DNA of 61,822 nucleotides, counting the filler, from Sphacelaria rigidula (lineage: Eukaryota), in assembly GCA_964200075.2 (NCBI GenBank). It is 11 parts of 11 records of this genome, joined end to end, with 100 filler letters (N's around TTAATTAATTAA, not from the genome) between each part and the next. Parts side by side here need not be neighbours in the genome. Positions count along the whole stretch, not along the records: positions 45,036 to 50,564 come from CAXNAA020026600.1; positions 50,665 to 56,193 come from CAXNAA020026601.1; positions 56,294 to 61,822 come from CAXNAA020026602.1; 8 more parts are not named here. One strand, 5' to 3'. Both the position numbers and the translations under genes were made by a program. This document shows positions 48,721 through 61,445 of this stretch, one piece after another; position 1 is the first letter of the stretch, and the number at the start of each line of letters is the position of its first letter. The notes below the pieces were generated by a model. That model was not told where the DNA came from. It searched no databases and worked only from the letters and a program-made list of their open reading frames with translations.

Positions 48721-49010
48721 ACGGGAACTGACGGCGCATGCGTCTGGTGGCCTCATGCAAACACATTAGCATGCAGCTTCACTCATAGCCGCTCGCACGT
48801 TGTGGGTCTGGGTTGGTTGTCAGACTCATGAGTAGCTACATAGAAATTGGCAGGCGGGCACCAACAATAATTGTTGACGAGCAACTGTTGCAGGCTTCAT
48901 GCAGTCCTGTGACCCACCGCTGCAGGTAATATTAATCAAATATTGGTATGTTCAACAGTGCACCTGGAAAAACCCACCCACGCATTGACAGTCGAAATGT
49001 AAGCTAGAAG

Positions 49011-49641
49011 TACATGGTTGGGTATGATCTCTTAGAATCGAAACAACTTCACATAACTCTCCATTATTTCTTTTATGCATTCGTTTACACTCTTTGAAGA
49101 TCTCTACCAAGGGCGCAAACGATCAAACAGGGGGGGAACCACGTAAAGATTACATCCATTTTCCATGACAGAATAGCATTTCTAGCATTAATTATGTGTC
49201 CCCCCTGACCAGGGGGTAGGATAAATACCTCATGTTTCGTTCATTCAAGCCTCGCAATTTCTGTTCACGGCTAATCGGCTTACATAGTGCCGTGCCTGGT
49301 CGCATGTATGCAGACAGTATGACATTACGGTTACACAAACAGGTTTTCGTGCATTAGCGGACGGCAGCGTAACAATGTCATTCTCTATCAGTTGCATACA
49401 TGGTCATGTACGAGGTGCGGTTATTAGGTGCACACGGACACGATCATCCATGTATTGAAAGTCGTGAAGTAAAGTCAAATTACATGGTTGAGTCTGATTT
49501 CTTCAAAATCGGAGCAGCAATCACATAGCCCCGAAGATCTCAAGCAGGTATGACTCGCCCATACCCTTTGGAGCTATCCACCAAGGGCATAACTATCAAT
49601 CAGCGGGAACCGCGTTGAAGTTACATTCAATTTCCATGACA
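49011..49641. repeat. Two diverged ~160-bp direct repeats, 470 bp apart
   Basis: tacatggttg...accaagggc...gggaacc...ttacat...tttccatgaca at 49011 and 49481. Confidence 0.65.
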
Positions 49642-50899
49642 ATAACACACATTTGCTGATTGAATATCGCGTTCAGTAGTTTCACTCAGGTAGCACGGCC
49701 ATCACTACCTTATGTGTCCCCACAGTATATAGACTCGAGTAAACAGTACACCCGTGAGGTTCTTCCGCATGGATAGTCTGACATTTGATATTCGATGGTG
49801 ATTCGGAACAGTTCTGTTCCCACAGTGAAAGCATATTACTCATGAACTGTTACCTATGAACTGTGAAACTGAGTGCATAGGTGGGGTTTCAAACAGGAGA
49901 TAGTACAGGCCATATACAACCAGCACAGCCATTTTGTACAGCCATCCTGAAACAGCATCATCACAACAAATAAAACGGTAGCATGTGGTAAAACCGAAGG
50001 GTGACATTCAATCCAATGTGTGGAGATACAAGCAATTTTTTTCGTCCAGCGGGTCTTGTCGAGTTTGAGTATATGTGGAGCAGGATAGCGTGGTTCCATT
50101 TCAGCTGTATCAAATTGCAAAATCCTAGCGTATAGCAACAGCAGCGTCAGTTGTGAACAAGACTAACGTTACTCCATTTCGCGGCAAACGCCGACAGATT
50201 ATACTCGAATTAGTAGGAGTTCAACTGATATTTAATGCCAACCTCGTCTGTATACACCATCCCGTTTCTGGTGTGCGAACGTGATGCAAACTCCCGTGTG
50301 GTAAATACAGTAAGCACAAGCTTGATGGGTGAAGACGGCATAGTATTGTGTTGCTCCTTTCAGCTGCATCAGATAGCAGAAAGCACACAGCAGCTGTTGC
50401 ATGGAAAATTTAGTAAAGCAGTAGAGAGAGTCATGTAATCCTAGCATGCACTGTGACTCTACTCATTCGGGTCTACACGACAAGATTTGACCCTTATATA
50501 AACAGCCAATCATCTATGTTGAGGATGGTGCTTTTGATTGAGGATGAGAACCCGGAGGATTAAANNNNNNNNNNNNNNNNNNNNNNNNNNNNNNNNNNNN
50601 NNNNNNNNTTAATTAATTAANNNNNNNNNNNNNNNNNNNNNNNNNNNNNNNNNNNNNNNNNNNNGAACTGGGTCTGTATACATGTGTGACATCAGTCTCT
50701 GATATGTCACTGCAAGGGGATATTTCCCACATTGGCCGAGTTATATGTCGGTGCGGTGAGGCGCCAATATGAATCTGGCGAGCAAGATATTGGCTGCCAC
50801 ACGAGGTCAATATATGTTGACGATTCAATGTGATATATTCAACACACGAAGCTGTCATGTGATGAGAATTGCAGTTGCTGGGTTGTTTCTTGATACAGA

Positions 50900-51154
50900 G
50901 AGCAGTGCTACGGTAGGGGTGTACTTTTTGCGCAGATTCTTGTCTGGTTCAGGGGCTCCTAACGATTCTAGATGCACAAGAAATGGGTCAGGGTATTCCC
51001 GTTTGCAAAGTCATTCGGGATATCCCCAGCACATTGGAACAGTACTCCTGGTGTACTCTCACAAATTCCATAACTCGTGTTTTGGATGAGATAAATAACT
51101 CCTGACATTTCTAACCTCATAACAAATTAGTACACCCCTACCGTAGCATCCCTC
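50900..51154. mobile_element. Sola-like MITE with 4-bp TSD CAGA
   Basis: GAGCAGTGCTACGGTAGGGGTGTACT...AGTACACCCCTACCGTAGCATCCCTC, with CAGA at 50896-99 and 51155-58. Confidence 0.85.
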
Positions 51155-52165
51155 CAGACTGGATATGATTGGCGTGTACGAGAAGTATATATTTAGGCGA
51201 GTAATTGCTTGATTTGCGTGCGATTTTGGGCGAATAGTTGCTTGAAGTATTGTGCTTCTGTAGATATGTGTGGTGACTCATTATTCATGAGCAGTAGGTG
51301 TTTCGTTGGATGATTGATGAGATGTGACCGCCACATCTGACCACTCTACTCGGTTCGTTGCTTGGAGTTCAGCAGTATTACGATGTAAGCTAATCAAACG
51401 CATCTTCGAGGGCTTGATAGACTCTGTCCATATTAACCCCCCCCCCCCCCCAAATAATGGCTGGTTTGTGGAGGCAGAACCTACACGCGGATTGAAATGA
51501 AATCAGTCGAGCACAACAAGCAGCTGGGAATTTCCACGCTTGGGTTTGTTTTTGCCAACGCCGCCGATATGAGGCGCTTCACGCAGCCTGAAACCAAATT
51601 TCAGGCGCTGTGTGACCATTTTCTTCGAGACAGTTATGGGTGGGAATGGGGCCCAACTTTGGGTACGATATTTGGAAAATGGATCACGAACGCTATATAC
51701 TTAAGAACTGGAGCGTAATCGGGCGGATCATATCAATAAAAAATCCACGGGCCTGTCGAGAGATTTTTTCGGACACTGAAACACACCCCTCCCCCTCCCT
51801 CCCGGAGGGCAATTTTTCGAAAATGATCATGATTTTTGACAATTTATTTTGTATTTTTTTTGTGATTTGTTTTGTTGTTGGAATTATTGAAATAAATTGA
51901 TGAACAAACACTGACAAAAACCGAAAAGTCTAGCGGGCTTTGCGAGGTTCGTAGCCCAAGTAGCAACATTATCTCACGCCTCGCAAATTTGCCCGGACTA
52001 CTAGTGGTGGGTAGTCGAGGCACACGACACGGAACATGATCCCATAAATGTAATCACGGTAGATGACGAGCTTGGAGGAGTGGTGTGTCCGTCATCTCAG
52101 CGGCATCCATGCCAAGAATCTCTGTACACGGTAGCTGACCGCATCCGCCAACGCCCCAGCAATAA

Positions 52166-52611
52166 AAACACGGGATCTTACAAACTGGGGATGGATCTTT
52201 TATTGGGGATGAGAAACCCAGAGAATTAAAATCTTCGTATCTACACCAAATCTTCGAAATGTGGTTCTATTTCTTCACCTCCTGATAGCTAATAGCAACT
52301 GCTACACGTCATAGAGTTTTGGATATCGACCATCGAAATGTTGGGGTGCTAGGTCAAAAACCATTTTCGGAACAATTTTGGCGTCCGTTCGGACACGTGG
52401 AATTCCCCAAAACCGGTTTTTCACCTGGGACCCCAACGTTTCGGTCATTGCAATCCAAGTTTATATAACGTGTAGCAGTTGTCAAAAGCTATCAGGAGGT
52501 GAAGAAATAGAGCTATGTTCCGAATATTTGGTGTGGATACGAAGATTTTAATTCTCCGGGTTTCTCACCCCCAATAAAAGACCCGTCCCCAGTTTGTAAG
52601 ATCCCGTGTTT
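52166..52611. mobile_element. ~445-bp foldback palindrome
   Basis: The arms pair almost to the centre (aaacacgggatcttacaaactgggga...tccccagtttgtaagatcccgtgttt). Confidence 0.85.
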
Positions 52612-52624
52612 AAACGAGGGGACA

Positions 52625-53160
52625 GATACTTTCTACGATAGCCCCCCCCCAAAACAGGCCAAAAAGTGCATCAAAGAATTGCCTGTATACGGCGTCAGAG
52701 CTGGTTTAGGATTGCACGAAACACGACAGCCTCGAACATGTGGGCGTCATAGCTGGTTTAGGACTGCAAGGCGCGTCCTCAACCGATACTTTCTACGATA
52801 ACCCCCCCCCAAAACAGGCCAAAAAGTGCATCAAAGAATTGTCCATATACGGCGTCAGAGCTAATATAGGATTGCACGAAACACGGCAGCCTCGAACATG
52901 TGGGCGTCACAGCTGGTTTAGGACTGCAAGGCGCGTCCTCAACCGAAACTTTCTACGATAGCCCCCCCAAAAACAAACAGGCCAAAAAGTGCATCGAAGA
53001 ATTGTCCATATACGGCGTCAGAGCTGGTACTCTCACTCTGTGCATAACCCGCCTCACGTGGGCATGGTCGCTGATTTTTTACAACGAGACGCGTGTCATG
53101 TGGGCGACACTGGTGAAAACGATACCAAGCGTGGGGGGGGGGGCTATTGTAGAAAGTGTG
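52625..53160. repeat. 160-bp tandem repeat (about 2.5 units) closed by an inverted terminus
   Basis: Units start at 52625, 52785 and 52945. gggggctattgtagaaagt at ~53135-53158 is the inverse of the unit start. Confidence 0.85.
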
Positions 53161-55684
53161 TTTACGACAGAAGACGCCGCGCGTGCTTAACCTATGCTAA
53201 CCTTTGAATATTTCTCTGTCGAGCCATGCATAGCTCCACGTATCTACAGTACAATAATGGGGCCACAAACGATATGAAGGGACAATAAAATCAGGACACA
53301 AATGATGGGAAAGGGCGACCACTGGTGCTCACCCCATGTACATGAGGAAATTAACAACACGGAGGCTCTTTCAGACCAAGTGGAGAAACACAGCAGCCTT
53401 GCTTTGTATGTCATAGATTTTCATGACAACCACAATCATAGAGGGAAGGTGATATGATCAGACCGCATGTCCTGTGGCGTAAGGCTTCCAAACAACCCCC
53501 CCCCCCCCCCGCCCCCCGCCCCCCGCCCCCCGCCCGAAGAAAAAAAAATCCACCGCTGTCCCAGGACAAATAGGGTTAGGACACGCTTTCACAGTACTTA
53601 GTTCTGCAGCATTAGTTTCTACTAAAAACGCCGCCCTCATCCTCCCCGAGTCTTACGTCCTGTCTCCGGAGCTGCTTTCGTGCTCCGTCACTTTGTCGCA
53701 TCAGCACCGATCTTCGGGAGCATGCTATTTCCATCCCGAACCAATCGGAGTATGGATCTATCCCCACCTCCGGGAAAATAGATGTACAGTTTCGACAAAT
53801 CGTCGTTGAACGGAGAAGAGGATAGCCTCGTGGCACCCATCCTCTTCTACGGCATGGTTCACTGCGGGGCGAAAACATACGCCGTCACAAAGCCGTACCC
53901 ACCCTTCCGGATGCGGTCGTTAGCGTCGAGGTTGCGGGCGATCGGACGTTCGCGCCTCTTCCTGCCATCGCCGTCGTCGTCACCTTCCTCACGTATATCG
54001 GAAACAAGCGCCTTCCACATCTCGGCTTCAGTGTTGGGGATAACCGTATGACAGGTGGTCACTTGAATATCCCGTAGAACAGCTTGAATCTTCGCCTGAA
54101 CACTGCGATGCATTTTGCGGGACGCCGACAGAGAGCGCTTGCGAGAGTTACGTTCATGGCCGTTTGCGACCAGAGGCACTCTAGTTACACAAATGAATAG
54201 TTGTGGGGGCGCACTCGGACGGCATGCTCTCCACAGTCTGGTTTCGGAAACCAGATACTGTACATAATCGTTGCCAAAACCACGACCGCAGCGATTTCCG
54301 AGAAGTTTCGTAACATCATCCACTCATGTGGAGGTCAACAGTGACGCTCCTTCGAAGACCTGAGTTGTGAATCCTACACATTCCATTGTATGCTCACCCT
54401 TTGGGAGACTGTGCAGGCAAACGTATCTCCGGTGTTGGGGAAACGCATCTAATGGACAGTGCCGTTCTGTCACCGCCTACACTACATTTAATCACTCTGA
54501 TCGCGGTAACCGTTTTGCCACTTGTCCGACCGCTGCAACGGCGAGCACCACTGAAATAGAACTTCCACGATGCTTTCGAACTCAAATATACTTACGAGGA
54601 TGCAAATGGTGATGATGGCGTCGAAAGAGTACGGGCGCGCCCCTACACCGACACATGATGCACTCCCCATGACCCCATCGCGAAGCGAGGTTTGTTTCTG
54701 TCGCGGGGATTCATCTTTGAAAGTCTGCTCTGAGCTGTTCCCGACGAGACAGGATTTGCCCCATCCATACCATGCTGGGAGACTTTGCGGTATGCTATGT
54801 CCTTCCAGTTGAAGACGTCCCCACTTTCGTCATCTTCCCTCCGGAAAATACGGTGATCAATCTCCGTGTATGCGCGCGAACAATCTTCACCCGACACACG
54901 AGCCTAGATGGGTCACTGTTGTCTCCACGAGGCGTCACTCTTATCTCCAGGAGGCGACAGAACATGTATGTGATCAGGGGTTGCTCGATGTAATACGTGC
55001 TGACGCAACAGGGTTCGCATCCGTTTTGGTTCTTTGTTTGGTCACAGCTACCGCCCACGATGAGTCCCTTCAAGACCGAACGCTAGTTTCAGTTGTGTGA
55101 GGTAGACACTATGTCCATCCTCATAGACGCCTGCTGTACAATCAGGACTAGAACCTCAATCGCCGAGCTCATGCACGGTGTTTGCAGCTGGCGGCGACAC
55201 GCATGGAGTACGTGGAGGACACAACGTGTAATGCGTCAGATGAGAGTGCCGCGTTCACCGCTCATCGTCTCATGAGATATGGTGACTGCAGGGGATGGTG
55301 AAGCAGAGCAATACCATAACCCAAGGGTCCAATCCAGGGATGCCATGACTATCCAACAAGGAATCATGTGATATATGGTTCTTCGATGCGCCACGTGACT
55401 GAGTTGGTAAGCCAGGTGCTTTGGTTCTGCACATGTGCAACGACAGGGGCAGCACTGCAACGACGGCACATCCTACAGGATGCACACAAGTGATGTCTGT
55501 CTCGTAACCCAGTGAATAACATACTCGACACAAGTGCGATAAATGACACTGGTGACGATATACGTATGTGCCACCGAAGGTGCTTGACGTAATGGTTCAC
55601 ACGTTGTGGCATGAGCCGAGTAAACTATACTGACGCGTGACCGCCCGCGCTTGTGCCTAGCATAATTTCACTCCCCTTGATGAT

Positions 55685-56193
55685 AGTGCACTTGTTCCTG
55701 GTTTCTGAAACCAGACCCCGCGTAAGTGAGTCGGTGTGCTATCGTTTCTGTACGCGTCAACATGTGTGTCACCATTGACGACCGCTGTGATGCCGGAGGA
55801 CTGTTTTCGTACACCGGCGGTAACTCTTTGGCGCACAACAAACTACGTTTGTGCTGGGTTACGAAAGCCCCTCCTTGAGGCGCTTGTATGGGGCTTGTTT
55901 CTGAAACCAGGTACGGCAGGCCGAGGAATGAGATCCTCCATGGCAGTCGAGAGTTCGCGCGAAGATTTGAACCCGAGTTCAAGCCGTCATACATGGTGCA
56001 TTTGTTCGTGGTTTCTGAAACCAGCCCTCGCGTCAGTGAGTCGGTGTCCTATCGTTTATGTACGCATCATCAGGTGTGTCACCACTGACGGCCTCCATGA
56101 TGCCGACTGGTTTCATACACCGACGGTAACTCTTTCGCGCACAGCAAGTTACGTCTGTCTTGGGTTACGAAACAACCCCCTTGAGGCGCTTGT
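55685..56193. repeat. Tandem duplication, ~310-bp period
   Basis: gtgca.ttgttc.tggtttctgaaaccag...ttgaggcgcttgt occurs twice. Confidence 0.85.
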
Positions 56194-56311
56194 NNNNNNN
56201 NNNNNNNNNNNNNNNNNNNNNNNNNNNNNNNNNNNNNTTAATTAATTAANNNNNNNNNNNNNNNNNNNNNNNNNNNNNNNNNNNNNNNNNNNNGGCATGC
56301 GTTCTGCTTAC

Positions 56312-56684
56312 CCCTCCGTCGAAGCGGTACAAGCGGCCGTGGGGTCGTATGTAGTCGACGGCAACGAACTTGTTGTATAGGCAGCTGATCTCCGTCGCGG
56401 AGAACTGCCCAGGACATATGAGGGAGTATGCAACGGCAGCTGCTGCTGCATTCGGAAAAGCGTGCTGCACTGTACTGTATCGGCGGTGCAACACCCATGT
56501 CGTTCGAAGAGAATTTTCCGCTCGCAACAAAGAGAAAAATCGAGGCCCACCCCCACCACAAAGGGCTGTGTGGGGCAAGGTGATTGGGACAATACCCAAG
56601 GCCACAAGTGGCGGGCGGCGGTTTACACACTCTGTTGAAAGCTCTCCACCGCGACTGATACTGCTTGATACATCTGTACATTGC
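56312..56684 (-). CDS. Two exons of an EF-hand (calcineurin B/NCS-like) protein
   Basis: Exons 56684-56631 and 56404-56312, both phase 0 with CAG/GT sites: AMYRCIKQYQSRWRAFNR|FSATEISCLYNKFVAVDYIRPHGRLYRFDGG. Confidence 0.6.
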
Positions 56685-57662
56685 CTGATGCGCACAACAC
56701 CCGAATTATAGTACAGGCAGTTTGTACCTGCACCCGAAAATAGATTGGATGAAACTTTCGGTCTTCATCTAACCCGGCCGTTACATACGTTGATTTTAAG
56801 CAACATGAAGCCATTGTTTCATGCATATGCAGGACACGTCATTCCTAACCAGCCTCGTTGGTCGTTCTGGAGGCCCAGTCCCAAAAGGGTTGAAAGAAGA
56901 AAACGTTTGCGCTCCGGAGCCCAAAGATTGGATTTTCATTGGTTCCGAATATTTTCCGACCCGTCGTTGGGCTCAATATTACGAAATGGTTGCACACACG
57001 AACGGCATGTTGGCTGGTACAGGTGTACGGTGGTCGTTAGCATTACTTTGAATCTCAGACCAAGGAAAGATTCGAGCCGGAACTTGACGCTTAGACGACG
57101 AGAGTAGGTCATCTGGTGAATCGGCATCAACTTCACTTGAAAAAGGTATGCGTGATTCAGATAGACTACCCTCGCGGTCTGAGGGTTAAGCCTTTGACCC
57201 CGGTACGGGTAGTCCATCGAGGGGGCCTGAGGAAATGTACGTAATCACTGGTTGATACCATGGAAATGCTGCCAACCCTAACGCTTACCCTAAACCTAAC
57301 CCCGACCCAAGGCATACCGAGCACCCTCGGGCAGGGGGGGTGCGAAGTGTTTCCTTGGCAAAGCATGCGTTGCCAGAGCTCAAATCGACGCCTCTCGGTC
57401 GATTTTGGACCAAAACACGTTCTGGACGAGCTGGATCTACTGCTCACCACTTCTCACCTGCCCCAGACCATAATCGTTCGCAGTACTTTCTTCCGTCTGA
57501 AATCAAGTAAAATCGAGGACCAACCATTGTTCACGTACATTTCGTAAGGTCTACTGGAGAGCCCATCTGGATCACGCATACTTCCTTCAAGTGAATATTG
57601 ATGCCGATTCAGTAGGTCACCTACCCTCGCGGTCAAATGGTTAACCCTCAGACCGTGACTCG

Positions 57663-57924
57663 GGTGTGTGTGTTGTCGCCCCATTTATTTTTGGTACTCC
57701 ATCTTCCTTCTGCGGTACTTGCCTTTCCTTTTTTACCGCGAGAGGGGTTCGGCAGTCCCTTTCCCTCGTCGATGATTGAGTCGAATTTTATGTACCCACG
57801 ACATAGTCGCTTTCCACTGTTGGGCATGGCGTGAGAAAAAATCCCAGATCGCTCCGAGAGTTGAACCCACGACCCAACCGTCAGAAGGTTCCGAGGTTAC
57901 CAACTGAGCCACCGGGACAACCGG
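57663..57924 (-). mobile_element. tRNA-derived SINE with internal deletion
   Basis: Head ccggtggctcagttggtaacctcggaaccttctgacggttgggtcgtgggttcaactc and (CA)n tail; the acacaggaggaagg segment is missing. Confidence 0.85.
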
Positions 57925-59199
57925 TACAATTCGGGTAGTCCATCTGGACGACGCATACTCTCTTCAAGTGAAAATTGATGCCGAGTCAGCAGGTGACCTA
58001 CCCTCGCGGTCTAACGGAGGGTATCTGAAGAAATGTTCGTAGATAATGGTTGATGGGGAAAATCATGGAATGTTACAAACTAAGATTAACCCTAACCCTA
58101 ACCCTCACCCCTACCTAAGGCGCACGAGATCCTCGGGTGAGGAGGGTGCATAGGTTCCCCTAGGCAAAGTGTGCGTTGGCAGACTTCGAATCGTCGCGGC
58201 AGGCGCCGATTTCGACAAAAGCACGTTCTGAACGAGCTGGGTCCACTGCTCACCTGCCCCAGACCATAAACGTTTCCAGAACTTCATCAAGTCTAAAATC
58301 GAGTAGTCATCCCTGTTAGCCATTGTGTACGAACATCATCAGGTGTACTAGTCTAAGGGTCAACGAGCCTCTTCTTATGCTAGAAGCCAATGTGTCGTGT
58401 AACAATTTGAAAGGTGAATGCAACCGCCGTTCGGTAAAAAAGGTCACTCTCAATCATATCTTGAACTCTCAATCTCACGACAACATTGTTAATAGCGAAT
58501 TCAGAGGGAATTTTCGCCAGATTAAGGAGTTCAGCGGATTGTGCCACCTCATGACGGCTTGTCGCTGTTAGAGTGCGAATTTTCGCCAGAAGAAATGTTC
58601 GGCGGGTTGTACCACCTCATGAAGACTTGTCGGTGCACTCTCTTCGAGAGCTCTAGCGCACCTTTTCTATCTTTGGTGTGCCCAGTTTGACTGTAGGCCG
58701 AGCGAACGTCTTCTCAGTCAATCCCGAAATCATACTGTCGTGTTTTTCTGAGATCATTATCATTATCGCATATTAGCCCGGTCTCTCGAACTCGTAGTCA
58801 TTCCGCTAGGCTCTCGCGTTTCCAGTGCCGTAACCACTTTCCCTTACATGAGATAAAGGCGCTCATTAAACCGTTTCGTGTAAAACTCCGAAAACAAAGT
58901 AAAATAAAAAATAATCAATGAGAGAGAGACGTCAAGGAAACAAAAGACACCCCCCCCCCCCCTCCCAAGTTGGTCGGGGTGTGGTAAAACAAACAAATTA
59001 GGTCTATCAAAGAAGTAAAGGAACGAAATAGAGACCAACGGAGGATCAAACAACATCCTCAGGTACTAACGGATAGAAACTCCAAGTTTCTGGCAGACGG
59101 CACACACACGAGCAAGTATACTACTTGATGGGCTACTCGTTATGCTCCGGCGATCTTCGATAGACACAGAGGGACTTATAGTGGCACAGAAAAAAGTTA

Positions 59200-60340
59200 A
59201 TTTGCATGGTGCGCGTTGGTTCAATCCGCCATGCACTTGTTAGCTCTTTCCCCTACGACCCGATACGAACCGGGACCATTTTGCGCCATTTGCGTCCATC
59301 ATGTAGCATCTATTCCGAAGGTGAAGCATGTTTTCAGGAGGGATATATATATGATGTTGCAAGCGTTTTGCGAATTGGCCTGCCTTCTTCTCCCCTCCGA
59401 TCATTTCTTCACGCATGACGATATCGGGGAGGCGCTCGTCGTGCTTGCGCGCGGCGTGGCCGGCGTATAGTAAGATTTGCCCCGATACGGATAGCCTCGA
59501 TGCAATCGCAGCCAGTCCTCTCGAGAACCTGACGGCAGGCATCACAAGGTAGTGCGGGGCACTGTGCGTTAAGATAATCTGCTCGTTGCGGAACCTCAGC
59601 AGTAATCCGCGGTGGGTCTCGCACAACAGACTGATTGGGTGAAAACGATTGAATCATGCGGCCGTAAAGCAATAATCTCAATCACTCATGCCTTCAGGAA
59701 ACTAGCATTTGGGGTCAGGGCAATGTACGCGTTGCCGTATATCGGTCTGCTGTACTTAATGAAGCACTTCCAGTACCTGGTCAATACCGCGGTTGACGTC
59801 AGTGGTGACATCGCCGATGCTGTTGATGGTGCCGCCGAGATAGACGAAAAGACTCCACTTGCTCGCACCCTTGGCCTGCCGCCTCCACCTCAATCACATC
59901 CGCCTTCACTCCCGCATGTGTGCGGTTACTGTCTTCTTTTCCGCCACGACGAGACCGAAAGCTGCACATACTTCGAAGGTGGGCGTAATCATCTTTGACT
60001 AATAATGCTGAGATAGCCCCCCACAAAAAGTGCACCGGAGACCGTCCGACAAACCGGCTACGATCCCACTATTGGGCTCGTTTGTAGGAGTTTCGCCCAC
60101 ATGAGAGGCGTGTAGCAGTCCGAAATCAGCTATAATAACGCCAAAATCAGTCGCGTCGTGCAGCACGAAATCAGCTTCAACGGCATTTATGATCATCGCC
60201 TCTGTGCACTTTTTTGGCCGGTTCGGGGAGGGGCTATCTCGGCAGCGGTCCTTTGTCAGGCTTGGCTGAGATCATGACGCGATCCCAGCGTCGTCGGCGT
60301 GCGGCATGGCCCAAAGTACCTCGCAAAGCAGGTCCGTGGT
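59200..60340 (-). mobile_element. RTE-like LINE reverse transcriptase remnant, 5'-truncated
   Basis: LWAMPHADDAGIAS (YADD equivalent), EVCAAFGLVVAEKKT, IEVEAAGQ, FVYLGGTI, LLYG, ILLYAGHAARKHDERLPDIVM. Many frameshifts. Confidence 0.9.
59997..60250. mobile_element. 254-bp MITE with 4-bp TSD CTTT inserted in the LINE RT
   Basis: GAC...TGC.GAGATAGCCCC TIRs, with CTTT at 59993-96 and 60251-54. Removing it restores the frame SLTK|MIT. Confidence 0.85.
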
Positions 60341-61092
60341 GTTTGTTTAATTCGATTGTGCAGTCTATGCCATCCGATTCAGGCGTTCTTCCTCCAATCC
60401 GGAATCCGGTCGGTGCCCATCTTTGTTTCCGAGCCGCAAAATTGCAGATCCCGCGACGATCTGACATTGTCACCACGTGACACCGTGTAGGCGTGTGTGT
60501 CGGCAAGGTGTTCACACATGTTTGTTGTCTCTTTGTGAGCTCCGGCAAACAAGCACCCTGTACGCATCGTTGGATCTCACGGGTCCTCGGGCCAACTACC
60601 AGGGGGCTACGCTCGCTCGGTCGTTGGGTTTTGGCCTCTGTTAATGGGAGTGTGATTGAACCGAAAATGGCTATGGTTGTGACTGCTCGGCGTATCTTCT
60701 GCTGAGCTGGTTGTACGGTGACCACTTCACGAAAAACGTTCAACAAGTGAACAAAAAAGGGTAAGAGATATATTCTTAGCAGAAGAAAGGGTGTACCCTC
60801 CTGGTTCGTTTACAAAAAAGGGTACGCTCACAGGCTCTCATTTTCGGCGCCATAGTTCAGCCTAGTAACATTTGTAAACATGAAAAAAATGGTCGAGCAT
60901 ATTGCCCAGACACCATGGGCGTGGGGTTGAGGCGCTGGAATGTGCTTTCGAGGTGCTCAGCCCGCGTGCAGCGCCGCGCCCCGAAGCAAAAAATGCGTTA
61001 CCTTTTTTTGTTCCAAAAGCACCAGGGTGTACTCTTTTTTGTATACTGCCCTTAAACCAATGTCGATATAAGTGAGCCTTAGCGGATGAGAC

Positions 61093-61445
61093 TGTGTTGT
61101 GTTGTGTTGTGTTGTCGTTCCATCTATTCTGGACGCGGGTCTACACCTGTCGGTATATGTGGGCACCAGCCGGGGTCACACAGGAGGAAGGCCAACACAG
61201 GATTATTTTCTTAGTACCCCACCTTCCTTCTGCGGTACTTGCCCTTCCTTTTTTTATCGCGAGAGGAGTTCAGCAGTCCATTTCCCTTGTCGACCACTAA
61301 GTCGAACTTTGTGTACCTACGACATAGTCGCTCTCCACTGTTGGGCATGGTGTGAGAAAAAGTCCAAGATCGCTCCGAGAGTTGAACCCATGACCCAACC
61401 GTCAGAGGGTTTCGAGATTACCGACTGAGCCACCGGGGCGACCGG
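61093..61445 (-). mobile_element. Full-length tRNA-derived SINE (~350 bp)
   Basis: A box TGGCTCAGTCGG, B box GGTTCAACTC, unique body and (ACAAC)n tail. Confidence 0.88.

Noticed and set aside
54955..54990. Minus-strand TPDHIHVL, HUH-like
   Set aside because: Short frame closed by a nearby stop, with no supporting motifs.
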